In this document: piece after piece, positions 23,466-32,416 of the stretch
Layout: the number at the start of each line of letters is the position of its first letter
How positions within the stretch are numbered: position 1 is the stretch's first letter
Virus record (IMG/VR): IMGVR_UViG_3300028804_000025
Location: 1-40,933 of that record
DNA from: a virus
Length of the DNA: 40,933 bases
Reading direction: 5' to 3' (one strand)
Position numbers and translations under genes: made by a program
Notes under the pieces: generated by a model
The model's input: only the letters and a program-made list of their open reading frames with translations
What the model was told of the DNA's origin: nothing
The model's database searches: none

Positions 23466-24113
23466 TTAGGAGGCGTAACGGGTGGAGCGCGAGCGGCCAC
23501 TGACGGCGCACTTGACTTGCACGATCTGGCCTTCGGAGATGATTTCTTCTTCGTTGAGGGCGACGGTGGCCACCAGGTAGGAGACGGCACCGCTCTTGGC
23601 ATTAGTCCGCCAGACGGTGTCTGCACCGCTGTCGGTAAACGTTTTGAGCGCGGTGTAGCCTGCGGTGCCGATGCTGTCGGCATCTAGGTTGATGGAGCGC
23701 TGCACGGGGCTGAAGCCGTCGTTGAGCGTGTACTCGTTCTCGTCTTCCTGGAACTTGTAGGAGACCGTCTTGGGCTCGCCACCGGAGCTGCTGGGCGCCA
23801 TGACGGTAGTGATTTGCGTGAAGGCGGTGACCTTGCGCACATTGCCAATGCCGGTGCCTGGGCTGAACAGGGTGGTGTTGGCGGTGTCAGCGCCTTCGAG
23901 CACAAAAGTGTCGGTGGTGATGGACTTGATGCGGAAGGCGCGGTTGTGCAACCGGCCCCAGCCTGAGCCTACGATGACGACGTCGCCATTGCTGTAGCCG
24001 TGGGCAGCGCTGGTGACAACGGCCTCGGATGCGTTGGTGACGATGGTGGTGGTTTTCGCCGCAGCGATGGTGGTGGCAATCCAGTTGGTACTGCCGGTGG
24101 GGACGCGAGCCAT
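23466..24113 (-). CDS. major tail (tube) protein (215 aa)
   Basis: Its position upstream of the chaperones, its Thr/Ser/Gly-rich beta-type composition, and a GAAAGG RBS. Confidence 0.75.
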   Translation of the reverse strand: MARVPTGSTNWIATTIAAAKTTTIVTNASEAVVTSAAHGYSNGDVVIVGSGWGRLHNRAFRIKSITTDTFVLEGADTANTTLFSPGTGIGNVRKVTAFTQITTVMAPSSSGGEPKTVSYKFQEDENEYTLNDGFSPVQRSINLDADSIGTAGYTALKTFTDSGADTVWRTNAKSGAVSYLVATVALNEEEIISEGQIVQVKCAVSGRSRSTRYAS

Positions 24114-24136
24114 GGTGTGGGCCTTTCAGTGGTAGT

Positions 24137-24192
24137 AAAAAAAGCGCCCTCTCGGGCATGAAAAAAGCCGCACTGGTTGCCCGGTGCGGCTT
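24137..24192 (-). terminator. two tandem rho-independent terminator-like hairpins with T-runs (coordinates +/-1)
   Basis: Minus strand: AAGCCGCAC-N10-GTGCGGCTTTTTT, then GCCC-GAGA-GGGC-GCTTTTTTT, between the DUF3168 gene and the major tail gene. Confidence 0.6.
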
Positions 24193-24233
24193 GCTGGGTG
24201 GCCTTGCGGCCTGATTTACAAAATCGGTTTTGG

Positions 24234-24596
24234 CTAGCCTGTGCGGCTGGCGGTGATGTCAAAGTCTTGTCTTGCGCCGTAGCGGTTGAGGTCGGGCTCA
24301 TGCTCTGCCACGCTGGCGGACATGGGGCGGGCCTGGAGGGTTGCGGCGGTGATTAGGGTGGATTCGATTTGCAGGGCCAGGGCTTTGGCGCTGGCGCGGG
24401 TGTCGTGCCAGGTGGTGAGCTGGATGGCGGCGTTTTCGGTATCTGGGACGGTGTCGTCCACATAGTTGGTGGCCTTGCCGCCGATTTGCTGCCAGATGAT
24501 GTAGGGGCGCGGCGTGTCGAACGGGGCAACATCAGGGAACACGCGGCCAGCCACCAAGGGGGACAGCAGGGCGAAGAGCTTGGCTTCTAGGGTCAT
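24234..24596 (-). CDS. tail completion / neck protein, DUF3168-like (120 aa)
   Basis: MTLEAKLFALLSPLVAGRVFPDVAP...PYIIWQQIGG pattern. ATGA coupling at 24593-24596. Confidence 0.6.
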   Translation of the reverse strand: MTLEAKLFALLSPLVAGRVFPDVAPFDTPRPYIIWQQIGGKATNYVDDTVPDTENAAIQLTTWHDTRASAKALALQIESTLITAATLQARPMSASVAEHEPDLNRYGARQDFDITASRTG

Positions 24597-25051
24597 GCCA
24601 TGGCCTCGTGCAACTTGGCATTGGCAGCGGCCATGGCGCGGTCGATATGGTCCCACGCGGGGCGCAGGAATGGCCTAGCCGCCACATGGCGGGGTGGGAT
24701 GGGTGCGCGTTTGTTGGTGTGCCACTTGCCGTCTTTTCCCAGGTAGACCTTGTAGCGCTGGATGTGGCCGTATTCCACGAGGTGGCCATGAGGGGCTTTG
24801 CTAGCGTTCCACGACACGTGGTAGGTGGCGACACCGGGGCGGCTGTGGTCTTTGCTGTAGGCCTGATAGATGGCGGCGGACAGCTTGCCGGAGACGCGGC
24901 CGATGGCGGCGACATTGGTGCGTGCCTGGTCGTAGAGGACTTGAGCTGCGGCCTGGGCGGCGGGGCGTGCAGACGCTTGCACTTTGGCTTGCATGTCGCT
25001 GATGGCGGCGTCTAGGCCGGTCAGGTCAACAGTCATGGAGAAGCTGCTCAT
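24593..25051 (-). CDS. HK97 gp10-family tail component (152 aa)
   Basis: ...HLVEYGH...ARPFLRPAW motif typical of HK97 gp10-like proteins. Confidence 0.75.
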   Translation of the reverse strand: MSSFSMTVDLTGLDAAISDMQAKVQASARPAAQAAAQVLYDQARTNVAAIGRVSGKLSAAIYQAYSKDHSRPGVATYHVSWNASKAPHGHLVEYGHIQRYKVYLGKDGKWHTNKRAPIPPRHVAARPFLRPAWDHIDRAMAAANAKLHEAMA

Positions 25052-25368
25052 TTGGCGACCTCGCAGACCAGGTCGGTGTACTCTTTGCCCTGCTCGTCTT
25101 GCACCACGGCCTTGATGGCATAGATGGTGGACCCGATGACGGCACGCATGGAGGCATCAGCATCGGTGCGGTAGCGCACGCGGATGCTAACGGGAACGGT
25201 GGATACGTCTGCACTGGCGCGGATGACGCCAATGCCTGTTTGCATTTTGATGTTGGCCCACATGGGCGCCACGTCTACCCAGGCAATGACCGGCTGGCCG
25301 ATGCTGTCTTGCGCAGCGCTGGGCCGCTGCACCAGGATGCGGCGGTTGTATTGGGCGATGTTGGCCAT
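25048..25368 (-). CDS. head-tail adaptor / head closure protein (106 aa)
   Basis: YNRRILVQRP...WANIK....G.......VPVSIRVRY pattern of SPP1 gp16-type head-tail joining proteins. Confidence 0.75.
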   Translation of the reverse strand: MANIAQYNRRILVQRPSAAQDSIGQPVIAWVDVAPMWANIKMQTGIGVIRASADVSTVPVSIRVRYRTDADASMRAVIGSTIYAIKAVVQDEQGKEYTDLVCEVAK

Positions 25369-25381
25369 GGTGGTGCTGTCT

Positions 25382-25966
25382 TTACATCGTCCAGACGCGG
25401 TAGCGGTCTAACATGAAGTCGATGAACGGGTTGGGCTGGATGGCCTCGCGCTGGCCCATGGTCCAGCTTTGGCGGGTTTCGTACAGAGCGCCGATGCGCA
25501 GCTTGATCCATGCCTTAACCAGCTCGGGCACGTCGGCAGGGGTGGCCCAGCCTGACGTGTAGGTGACTTGCACCGACTCCGGCTGCACGCGCACGACGGG
25601 CCAGCTGCAGCCGTAGGCAGGTACCACGCTGGCGGCGATCTCGCTGGCCAGGCAGGCTTGGTACAGGCTGGGGCTGAGAGTGGTGAGCGTGCCGGTGGCA
25701 GCGTCTACATATTTGACGCTGGCCACCGCCGTGACAGTGGGACGTGGCAGGTCGATGACGCCGGGGAAAGCATCCAGCGTGAGCTGCCAGGTCTGGGGAA
25801 GAATGGAGCGGCCCATCAAGTGCTCGGCATCTTGCGTGGCGGCGGTGATGATGGCGGTGATGAGCGCGTCATTGCCAGCGTCAGCGAGGTCTTCACGCAA
25901 GTGGACCTTGGCCTCGGCCAGCGTGAGGACGCTGGCGGTGGGCGGGGTTAGGAGCTTGAGGGCCAT
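25382..25966 (-). CDS. gp6-like head-tail connector protein (194 aa)
   Basis: LTLAEAKVHLREDLADAGNDALITAIITAATQDAEHLMGRSILPQTW is the classic gp6-like N-terminal pattern. Confidence 0.75.
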   Translation of the reverse strand: MALKLLTPPTASVLTLAEAKVHLREDLADAGNDALITAIITAATQDAEHLMGRSILPQTWQLTLDAFPGVIDLPRPTVTAVASVKYVDAATGTLTTLSPSLYQACLASEIAASVVPAYGCSWPVVRVQPESVQVTYTSGWATPADVPELVKAWIKLRIGALYETRQSWTMGQREAIQPNPFIDFMLDRYRVWTM

Positions 25967-25977
25967 GGGGGTGGGGG

Positions 25978-26193
25978 TTAGGCGGTTTGCGGGGCTTGCG
26001 CTTGGGCTTTATTCTCTGGCGCTGCGCTTTGATCTGCCTCGGGCTTGCCGTCTTTCTTGGCCCATCCTTCGGAGACTGAAACGTCGATCAGGTCTTGGTC
26101 GTCGGTTTCAATCACATCGCCTTTTTCATAGGACTTGACATCAACATGGCGGTGCGCCCATTGAAACGGCTTGATAACTTTGAGTTTGGTCAT
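25978..26193 (-). CDS. hypothetical small head-module protein (71 aa)
   Basis: An ORF between the capsid terminator and the connector gene, with an acidic, low-complexity tail. Confidence 0.5.
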   Translation of the reverse strand: MTKLKVIKPFQWAHRHVDVKSYEKGDVIETDDQDLIDVSVSEGWAKKDGKPEADQSAAPENKAQAQAPQTA

Positions 26194-26216
26194 GATGTGA
26201 ACTTGTGTGAGGTGAA

Positions 26217-26250
26217 TAAAAAAGCCCGCAGCGGTGAAACTGCGGGCTTT
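26217..26250 (-). terminator. rho-independent terminator after the capsid gene (partial read-through expected)
   Basis: Minus strand: GCCCGCAG-N8-CTGCGGGC followed by TTTTTTATT. Confidence 0.7.
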
Positions 26251-26267
26251 TGCTAGGGGGTCAACGA

Positions 26268-27668
26268 TCAGGAGGCCGCGATCTTCAACAGCTTGATGGC
26301 CTGGGTGTTGCGCAGCTTGCCGCCAACGCGCTTGCGCACGTAGAACTTAACGAAGCCTGGCGTGGTGATTTCGTCGCGCGTGATGCGGGTGCCAACACGG
26401 TCGGCAATGAGGTAGCCTTCTTTGAAGTCACCGAATGCCAAGGGGAATGCGTTGGCAGCAACGGCTGGCGTGTCTTCTGCCTCGGTGATGCCGTAACCCA
26501 GGAACGTGCTGGGCTGGCCTGCCGTGAGGGCTGGCTGCCACAGGTACTGACCCGTGCTGTCTTTGTACTTGCGCAGGACGGCAAGGACCAGCTTGTTGGT
26601 AACCCACTGGGCATTGTTGCGGTAGCGAGCACGCAGGCCGTACACCAGGTCGAAGAACACATCGATACTTGTTGGCAGGGCGGCGGCCTGGCCAGAGGCG
26701 ATGTATTGCAGCGTGCCAAATGCGCGGCTTGCATCTGCCGTGGCCACAGGTGTTGGGCCTGCCAGGAAACCGGTGGGCTTTTTGGTGCCGTTGCCAGCTA
26801 CGAAGGCGGCGCCCTCACCTTGGGCCATGGCTTCTGCAGCAGAGTCAATGAGCCAGGCTTCCACATCGAAGAACAGGTCATCGAGCGACTCTTCAGACGC
26901 TTGCGGCTTGGCGCTGGCCATGCCGAACGTGGGCGCGACTTCTGCCAGGTCTGGCGTGTTGGTCTGGCTGCGGGTGTCACCCTCGCCAACCCACTCAAAA
27001 GCTGCGCCGTTGACGTCGAACAGCTCTTTGTAATCGGTGGTGCCAACTTGGCGAACTGTGGAGATCTGGCGGATTGGCGACATGTCCACAGACAAGCGGG
27101 CGATTTGACGCTCGATTTGCTCGGGCAAGGCAAAGCCACCAGCGCTGCCGGTAGAGGTAACGGTTTGAGTGGAGCGGACTTCCCGGCCAGTGGCGGCGGC
27201 GTCTGCCTTGGCCTTGGCTTCGAGAGCTTTTTGCGCAGCTGCAGCGCGCTGCTGGCGTTCGCCATCAGCTGGAGCACGGACCCAGTCCAGGAACGCATTT
27301 CTGTATTCAACGGATTCAGCGCTTTCGCGCTGCTCACCGCCGCCACCCAAAGCGCCTGGACGGGAAAGCTTGGTTTCCATCTTTTCGAGCTTTGTTTTTA
27401 CTTCGCTCAGGGAGTTGATGTACTCGTCCATGCGGGCGAGCTTGGCGTCGAATTCTGCCGTGCCTTTTCCAGACTTGACAGCTTCGATGCGCTCGTCGTT
27501 GGTCTTTTTGTACTGATCAAACGCCGTAGCGATTTTGTCCAGGGCTTCAGCCACGGACTTGATGCTGGGTTCTTCGCGCTTTTCATAGAAGCCAAGGCTT
27601 TGCGCTTTGGTGGAGAAGGCAGCAAAGTGGACGGCCATCACGGCCAGCATGGTGAGAGATTTTTTCAT
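26268..27668 (-). CDS. major capsid protein, HK97 family (466 aa)
   Basis: A delta-domain-like coiled N-terminal part, then ...GGFALPEQ...FEWVGEG...AEEA..AFV.G.G.KKPTGFL.... It follows the prohead protease. Confidence 0.9.
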   Translation of the reverse strand: MKKSLTMLAVMAVHFAAFSTKAQSLGFYEKREEPSIKSVAEALDKIATAFDQYKKTNDERIEAVKSGKGTAEFDAKLARMDEYINSLSEVKTKLEKMETKLSRPGALGGGGEQRESAESVEYRNAFLDWVRAPADGERQQRAAAAQKALEAKAKADAAATGREVRSTQTVTSTGSAGGFALPEQIERQIARLSVDMSPIRQISTVRQVGTTDYKELFDVNGAAFEWVGEGDTRSQTNTPDLAEVAPTFGMASAKPQASEESLDDLFFDVEAWLIDSAAEAMAQGEGAAFVAGNGTKKPTGFLAGPTPVATADASRAFGTLQYIASGQAAALPTSIDVFFDLVYGLRARYRNNAQWVTNKLVLAVLRKYKDSTGQYLWQPALTAGQPSTFLGYGITEAEDTPAVAANAFPLAFGDFKEGYLIADRVGTRITRDEITTPGFVKFYVRKRVGGKLRNTQAIKLLKIAAS

Positions 27669-27678
27669 GGTAAGTCTT

Positions 27679-28386
27679 TCAGGAGGTAGAGAGGGAAGCA
27701 ATCAGCTGCTGAGCTGACTTGAGGGCTTTGGATGTCGAATCGACGGAATCACTCCGCTCTTCTCCCATCCGCATGACGCGCGACACCAGTGCCGTTGCGT
27801 CGGCTTTGCTGAATCCGGCATCGCGCAGGATTCGCTCGGCATCTTTGGGGGTCGCCAGTTCGGTGGACGACTTGACGTTGGTGACCCGTGATTTTTCGTT
27901 TGCGGGGAAGGTGACTAGCGAGACTTCCCACAGGTCGATCTCGGTCAAGGTTCGAACATCGGTTTCTCTGTCGTAGGCCCACTGTTTGCTCATGAAGCCG
28001 ATAGACAGGCCATTGATGGCCCCCATCTTGAGCAGGGCATAGGCTTCTTTACCTTGAGCCGTTTCAAGGCAAAGCTGACCTTTGATGCGCAGGCCTTTGG
28101 TGTCTTCGACCATTTCGATCCAAATACCAATCGGCTCGTCGGCTTCGTGCTGCCACAGCATGGCGGGCATGGTGCCTGCCGCCTTGTGAGCTTTGAGGGT
28201 TGTAGCAAAAGCACCCGAGGCGATGACATCGTCGTAGTTGTCACGTACACCAAACACTGACCCATAACCCTCTACGGTGCCGTCGTCTCCGACAGCCTTG
28301 AGGCTCAGGGTGTAGGAGCGGGTCTCTCGGTGCCCAGTCGATGTTGAGCGGTCTTTGCGCTCAAGGCGTGGCATCTTGCTTGGCAT
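27679..28386 (-). CDS. prohead protease, HK97 family (235 aa)
   Basis: VEGYGSVFGVRDNYDDVIASGAF...MLWQHEADEPIGIW...GLSIGF pattern. Confidence 0.9.
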   Translation of the reverse strand: MPSKMPRLERKDRSTSTGHRETRSYTLSLKAVGDDGTVEGYGSVFGVRDNYDDVIASGAFATTLKAHKAAGTMPAMLWQHEADEPIGIWIEMVEDTKGLRIKGQLCLETAQGKEAYALLKMGAINGLSIGFMSKQWAYDRETDVRTLTEIDLWEVSLVTFPANEKSRVTNVKSSTELATPKDAERILRDAGFSKADATALVSRVMRMGEERSDSVDSTSKALKSAQQLIASLSTS

Positions 28387-29593
28387 CGTTGGTTCCTTGT
28401 GTGGTTTTGCCCATGTTCATGGGGGTTAGCGGCTCATCCAGACCTGTGAGCGGGTCTTTGCCTTCTTCGTCGCGGATTTCGTTGCGGGTGTAAATGCCCA
28501 TTTCGGCCATGGTTCTGGCCCACTGGGCGCGGTCTCGCATGGAGCCCGCCATGAGGTAGCGCACATCAAATTCACCGAACAGTGGGCCGGAGCCATCGAG
28601 CAGCATTTCGTCTATGCGCTGGGTCCAGGCGCGATGCCACGGCGCCAAGGTATGCTTGACGTGGGCGGCAAAGAATGCCTCGGAACTGGCAAATGTGCTG
28701 GTTTTGTCTGAGTGCCCCACCATGATGGGGAACACGCCGTAAGCCCTGCAGATTTCTTCGATTTGCAGGCGGCGGGTCTCGACATGCTGGGCATCAACGC
28801 CGCTAACAGACAAGCCTGTCCATTTGGCGTTGCGATCAAGCACAAGGGGGTCTCCTGCCTTGCTTGCGCCGCCCTTCTTTTTGAGCCACATCGTCATGCG
28901 CTCGTGCTGCTCTGGCGATAAAGTGCCGTCCACGGAATACACGCCGCTTGGGCGCAGGCCGTTTTCGTGCATGGCTGCCTGGCTTTTTTCGGTGGCCATG
29001 GCAAGCCCAATGGCTGATCTGGCGAGCATGACGGCATTCATGCTGGCGGACCAGTCCCATTGCACACCGTTGAGCAGGAAAACATCGTCTGCGGTGAAGT
29101 CGCCAATGTGGCCGAATTCATCCCAGCAGCGGTACACAACGTCATAGCGTGCGGTTTTGGTCACGGTCCAGTTGCCAGGCTTCACCGGGATCAGCTCGCG
29201 CACGCGGCGGTTGTCGCCTCTGACTTTGATGGACAAACCTGCACCCGTGAGGGCTGCATGGATGGTCATTTGACGGCGCCACTCAAACGATGTTTGCCAT
29301 TCGTTAGGTCGACGGCTGAGCAGGCGGTATTCTGGGATGTTGGTGGCTTTTTGCCGGGTGCCGTCGTCAAGTTCGCGGTAGATGTGCAGGTTGGGCGTCG
29401 CACATCCGTCTGCAATGACTTTGACGCATGCCAGCACGGTGGATACCTGCAGGGCTGTTTTGTCGTTGACGTGTGAGCCAGCAATGGCACCACCACCAAC
29501 ACCATCAATCAGGCTTGCTACCTGGTCGTAGGTGAGTTGGGCGGATTTTCTACCCAGGAGACGGTCAAGGAATTTCACTCGGCTGTTTCCCAA
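28361..29593 (-). CDS. portal protein, HK97 family (410 aa)
   Basis: Its size, its position between the terminase and protease genes, and its portal-type composition. Confidence 0.9.
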   Translation of the reverse strand: MGNSRVKFLDRLLGRKSAQLTYDQVASLIDGVGGGAIAGSHVNDKTALQVSTVLACVKVIADGCATPNLHIYRELDDGTRQKATNIPEYRLLSRRPNEWQTSFEWRRQMTIHAALTGAGLSIKVRGDNRRVRELIPVKPGNWTVTKTARYDVVYRCWDEFGHIGDFTADDVFLLNGVQWDWSASMNAVMLARSAIGLAMATEKSQAAMHENGLRPSGVYSVDGTLSPEQHERMTMWLKKKGGASKAGDPLVLDRNAKWTGLSVSGVDAQHVETRRLQIEEICRAYGVFPIMVGHSDKTSTFASSEAFFAAHVKHTLAPWHRAWTQRIDEMLLDGSGPLFGEFDVRYLMAGSMRDRAQWARTMAEMGIYTRNEIRDEEGKDPLTGLDEPLTPMNMGKTTQGTNDAKQDATP

Positions 29594-31284
29594 AATGAGG
29601 TTTCGATAGGCTGGACAGCCAGGGCACGGCCAAGGGCCATGAGCATGGCCATGGGGCCGTCGATCTTGTTTTCTGGGCGCTCTTTGGTGGGGGAACGCAG
29701 CTCGTTGAATTTGCTGATCTTGACCACCAGGTTGGAGACCATCCAGGTCATGACGGGGTTGCCGTCGAACTTGAGGATCTGCTCGTGAACCATGTTTTCG
29801 ACCTGGATCAGCGGTGGCGTGAAGAACATGGCGCGCTGGGTGATTTCGACGAGTGGCAGGCCTTCTTCAATGAGCTTGCCCGCGAAGTACATGCTGAGGG
29901 CGGGGTCGAAGGCGATTTCTTGCACGTCGAACTGGCGGCAGTATTTGCGTAAGTCCTCTGCGACGATATCGAAGTCGGTGATGTCGCCGTCAGTGACCTC
30001 GACATGCCCGGCGCGGGCCCAGCCGCTGAGGTGGGCGTTGCCGCTTTCCTGCACGGCCAGTTCGTTAAGGTAGAGCCTGCTGAAGACGTGCCAGCCGCGC
30101 TTGGGCGTGTAGGCGCCATCAGCGCCTTTAACAAGGACTTCGCGCTCAAAGACGATGCACAGGGCGGCAAAGTCTTTCTTCTGGGCAAGGTCCAGGCCGA
30201 TCCAGCACTTTTGACCGGCAAAGTCGCTCATGCTGAGGCTCGTGTCTGCGCATTTGGCCCATGCGACCATGTCCATCCAGGCGCTTTCGCCATTGACCCA
30301 GACGTTGAGGCGCTTGGTGAAGAAGTTGTTGCGGGAGGATTCGGAGTTCTCAGCGTTGCGGCTGGCGGCTTCCATGTCTTCGCGTAACACGGAGACGAGC
30401 CAATTGGGGTTAGCTTTGGCCCAGCTGGTTTCGACAAAGGGGTTATCGCCCTCGTCGATGCTGTAGATGATGCCAAAGGTGGAGTGGTCTTCAATGACGC
30501 GCTCTAGCACCTTGGTGAGGTAGGTGCGGCGCTCGTAGCAGATGCCGCTGAGGTCAGTGCCAGCGGTGGTGATGTTCCACAGCAGGGATTGCTCACGGGC
30601 GCCACGGGCGGTGTCGATCACGTCATACACAGCGCGGGTCTTGTGCGCGTGCAGCTCGTCCAGCACGGTGAAGTGGACGTTGAGGCCGTCGAGCGTACTG
30701 CCTTCGGCAGCGAGGGGTTTGAAACTGCTGGCAGTGTGGGCAACGGTGATGCTGTGCTGCAGGATGGCTACGCCCAGGTAGGTGCGCATGTCGGGCGTGC
30801 GCTCTGCCATTTGCTTGGCGTCATCGAAGACGATGCGGGCTTGGTCTTTGGTGGTGGCGGCGCTGTAGACCTCGGCGCCCTGCTCGCCGTCTGCGGTGAG
30901 CATGAACAGCGCCACGCCGCTAGACAGGGTTGACTTGGCGTTCTTGCGCGGGATCTCCAGGTACACATCGCGGAAACGGCGCAGGCCGGTGTCGCGGTGG
31001 ACCCATCCGAAGATGGTGGTGAGGATGAAGGACTGCCATGGGCCGAGCTGGATCAAGGCGCGCTCGCGTGCCCACTTGCCTTTGATGTGGGGCAGCAACT
31101 CGATGAATTCGCAGGGCCTGACGGCGCGGGCTTCGTCAAACACCCAGGGCCAGTCTTCGGAAGGCTTGCGTGCCAGGTCATCGATCTGGCGTTGAACGGC
31201 CAACAGGGTCCATTTGCAGCAAGGAATGGCGCCCGCGACTACCCCGCGCATGTAGTCATGCGCCTGGGTAATGTGGTTGGTCAT
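29575..31284 (-). CDS. terL: terminase large subunit (569 aa)
   Basis: A Terminase_1-type protein with a Walker A-like EIPRKNAKST, a LDELH Walker B, and a C-terminal nuclease region. Confidence 0.95.
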   Translation of the reverse strand: MTNHITQAHDYMRGVVAGAIPCCKWTLLAVQRQIDDLARKPSEDWPWVFDEARAVRPCEFIELLPHIKGKWARERALIQLGPWQSFILTTIFGWVHRDTGLRRFRDVYLEIPRKNAKSTLSSGVALFMLTADGEQGAEVYSAATTKDQARIVFDDAKQMAERTPDMRTYLGVAILQHSITVAHTASSFKPLAAEGSTLDGLNVHFTVLDELHAHKTRAVYDVIDTARGAREQSLLWNITTAGTDLSGICYERRTYLTKVLERVIEDHSTFGIIYSIDEGDNPFVETSWAKANPNWLVSVLREDMEAASRNAENSESSRNNFFTKRLNVWVNGESAWMDMVAWAKCADTSLSMSDFAGQKCWIGLDLAQKKDFAALCIVFEREVLVKGADGAYTPKRGWHVFSRLYLNELAVQESGNAHLSGWARAGHVEVTDGDITDFDIVAEDLRKYCRQFDVQEIAFDPALSMYFAGKLIEEGLPLVEITQRAMFFTPPLIQVENMVHEQILKFDGNPVMTWMVSNLVVKISKFNELRSPTKERPENKIDGPMAMLMALGRALAVQPIETSFWETAE

Positions 31285-31285
31285 G

Positions 31286-31858
31286 CTATCTGCCGTTTAC
31301 CAGGGTGAATTTGGCAAAGCCTGTGGCGGCATTGGCAGCTGTGGGGGCGGCTTCAATGCCTGGCAGCGTGGGCTGCACGTAATTGGATGGCTGCACCCGA
31401 CCACGGGCGGCGGGTGACAGACCAAAGTGCATCAGGTAGCGGTTGACCTGCTCGCGCTGCGACTTAAGCAGCTGGGCCAGCACACTCTGTTGCGCATAGC
31501 CGCTTGGCGTAATGGAGTGGCTGACCTCATAGACGGCATCGGCATAAGGCACGCCCTGAGTGACTTTCAAGTCAACCTTGGAATTGAAAGAGGTTTCAAG
31601 ATCCGTAAGTCGGCCAACTGCCTGGCAGTAGAGCGCCAGGGCGGCGCGATCAAGGCCGCTGATCAGGCCAAGCTCTTCCAGCAGGGGGGTAATGCGTTTC
31701 CACTCTTTTCGCGCTTCAGGCCCCAGGTGCTTGGGGATCGATGGGATTTCGACACGCGGATTTATCCCCTCAGCCAAATTCAGAGAGCGTTTTCCAGGGT
31801 TACCTTCAAGCGCTTTCAGGGCTGCGGGCTTCGGTAGAGGCCCACGGGAACCAGTCAT
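31286..31858 (-). CDS. terS: terminase small subunit, P27 family (190 aa)
   Basis: GPLPKPAALKALEGNPGKR...P.HL...A..EW.R....L...G......D...L..YC pattern. Confidence 0.85.
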   Translation of the reverse strand: MTGSRGPLPKPAALKALEGNPGKRSLNLAEGINPRVEIPSIPKHLGPEARKEWKRITPLLEELGLISGLDRAALALYCQAVGRLTDLETSFNSKVDLKVTQGVPYADAVYEVSHSITPSGYAQQSVLAQLLKSQREQVNRYLMHFGLSPAARGRVQPSNYVQPTLPGIEAAPTAANAATGFAKFTLVNGR

Positions 31859-31959
31859 CGGTCTATTTCCTTGCTCAATTCGGGGTACCCCCCCACCTAA
31901 ACCTGCGCACGTGAAAAAACGGGGAACCGATCGATTTCCGGTCGGTGGGGGCTAAAGAT
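31859..31959 (-). other. candidate packaging (cos) region between the HNH and terS genes
   Basis: A noncoding 101 bp with the 10-bp palindrome GGGGTACCCC (31882-31891), G/C runs and ACCGATCGATTTCCGGT dyad elements. The assignment is based on position only. Confidence 0.25.
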
Positions 31960-32310
31960 TTACCCCCCCCTACCTCTTGCTGATTCACGTTTACTCTTCA
32001 CGTCATGGCACTCATCGCACAGGCCCTGCGTGTTCTCTTCAATGTCCTCGCCACCCTCTCCTAACGGGATGATGTGATCGCGCTGCGTTGCCAGCCGCAC
32101 GACTCCACGCTCAGCACAGTGCACGCACAATGGCGAGCGCTTAAACAGCGCCTCTCTCAGCGCCTGCAGCTTGCGACCTGTGATGCGCTTCGTTGCAGTC
32201 ACAGGTTTAGTCCAAGCTGGACGCTGATGCTTATCACAGCGCCCGCTGCCATCAGTCACAAGGACGTGGCAGCCAGCTGCAGTGCAAGGCTTTGGTGCTG
32301 ATCTGGGCAT
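31960..32310 (-). CDS. HNH endonuclease (116 aa), terminase-associated
   Basis: CxxC...DHIIPL..GG......N.Q.LC..CH..K motif set. Its position upstream of terS is typical of HK97-like cos phages. Confidence 0.85.
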   Translation of the reverse strand: MPRSAPKPCTAAGCHVLVTDGSGRCDKHQRPAWTKPVTATKRITGRKLQALREALFKRSPLCVHCAERGVVRLATQRDHIIPLGEGGEDIEENTQGLCDECHDVKSKRESARGRGG

Positions 32311-32344
32311 GAAAAAGCCGCCAGATCAAAACGATGTGGCGGCT
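32311..32344 (-). terminator. rho-independent terminator-like hairpin immediately upstream of the first late gene
   Basis: Minus strand: AGCCGCCA-N13-TGGCGGCT followed by TTTTC, running into ATG 32310. Confidence 0.55.
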
Positions 32345-32372
32345 GGGTGTAGCTGTGGGACAGTGTGCCTGA

Positions 32373-32400
32373 AATGTACCTAAAAAGTATATGTAGTAAA
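32373..32400 (-). promoter_or_regulatory. candidate late promoter TTTACT-N16-TACATT (alternative -10 TATACT nearby)
   Basis: An AT-rich 100-bp gap downstream of the Q-like gene. The hexamer matches are only moderate. Confidence 0.3.
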
Positions 32401-32416
32401 AATCCTTTTTTTTGGG

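Noticed and set aside
26250-27689. A 479-aa plus-strand ORF antisense to the major capsid gene.
   Set aside because: It mirrors the capsid gene almost exactly and has an odd composition. The minus-strand frame carries clear HK97 capsid features.
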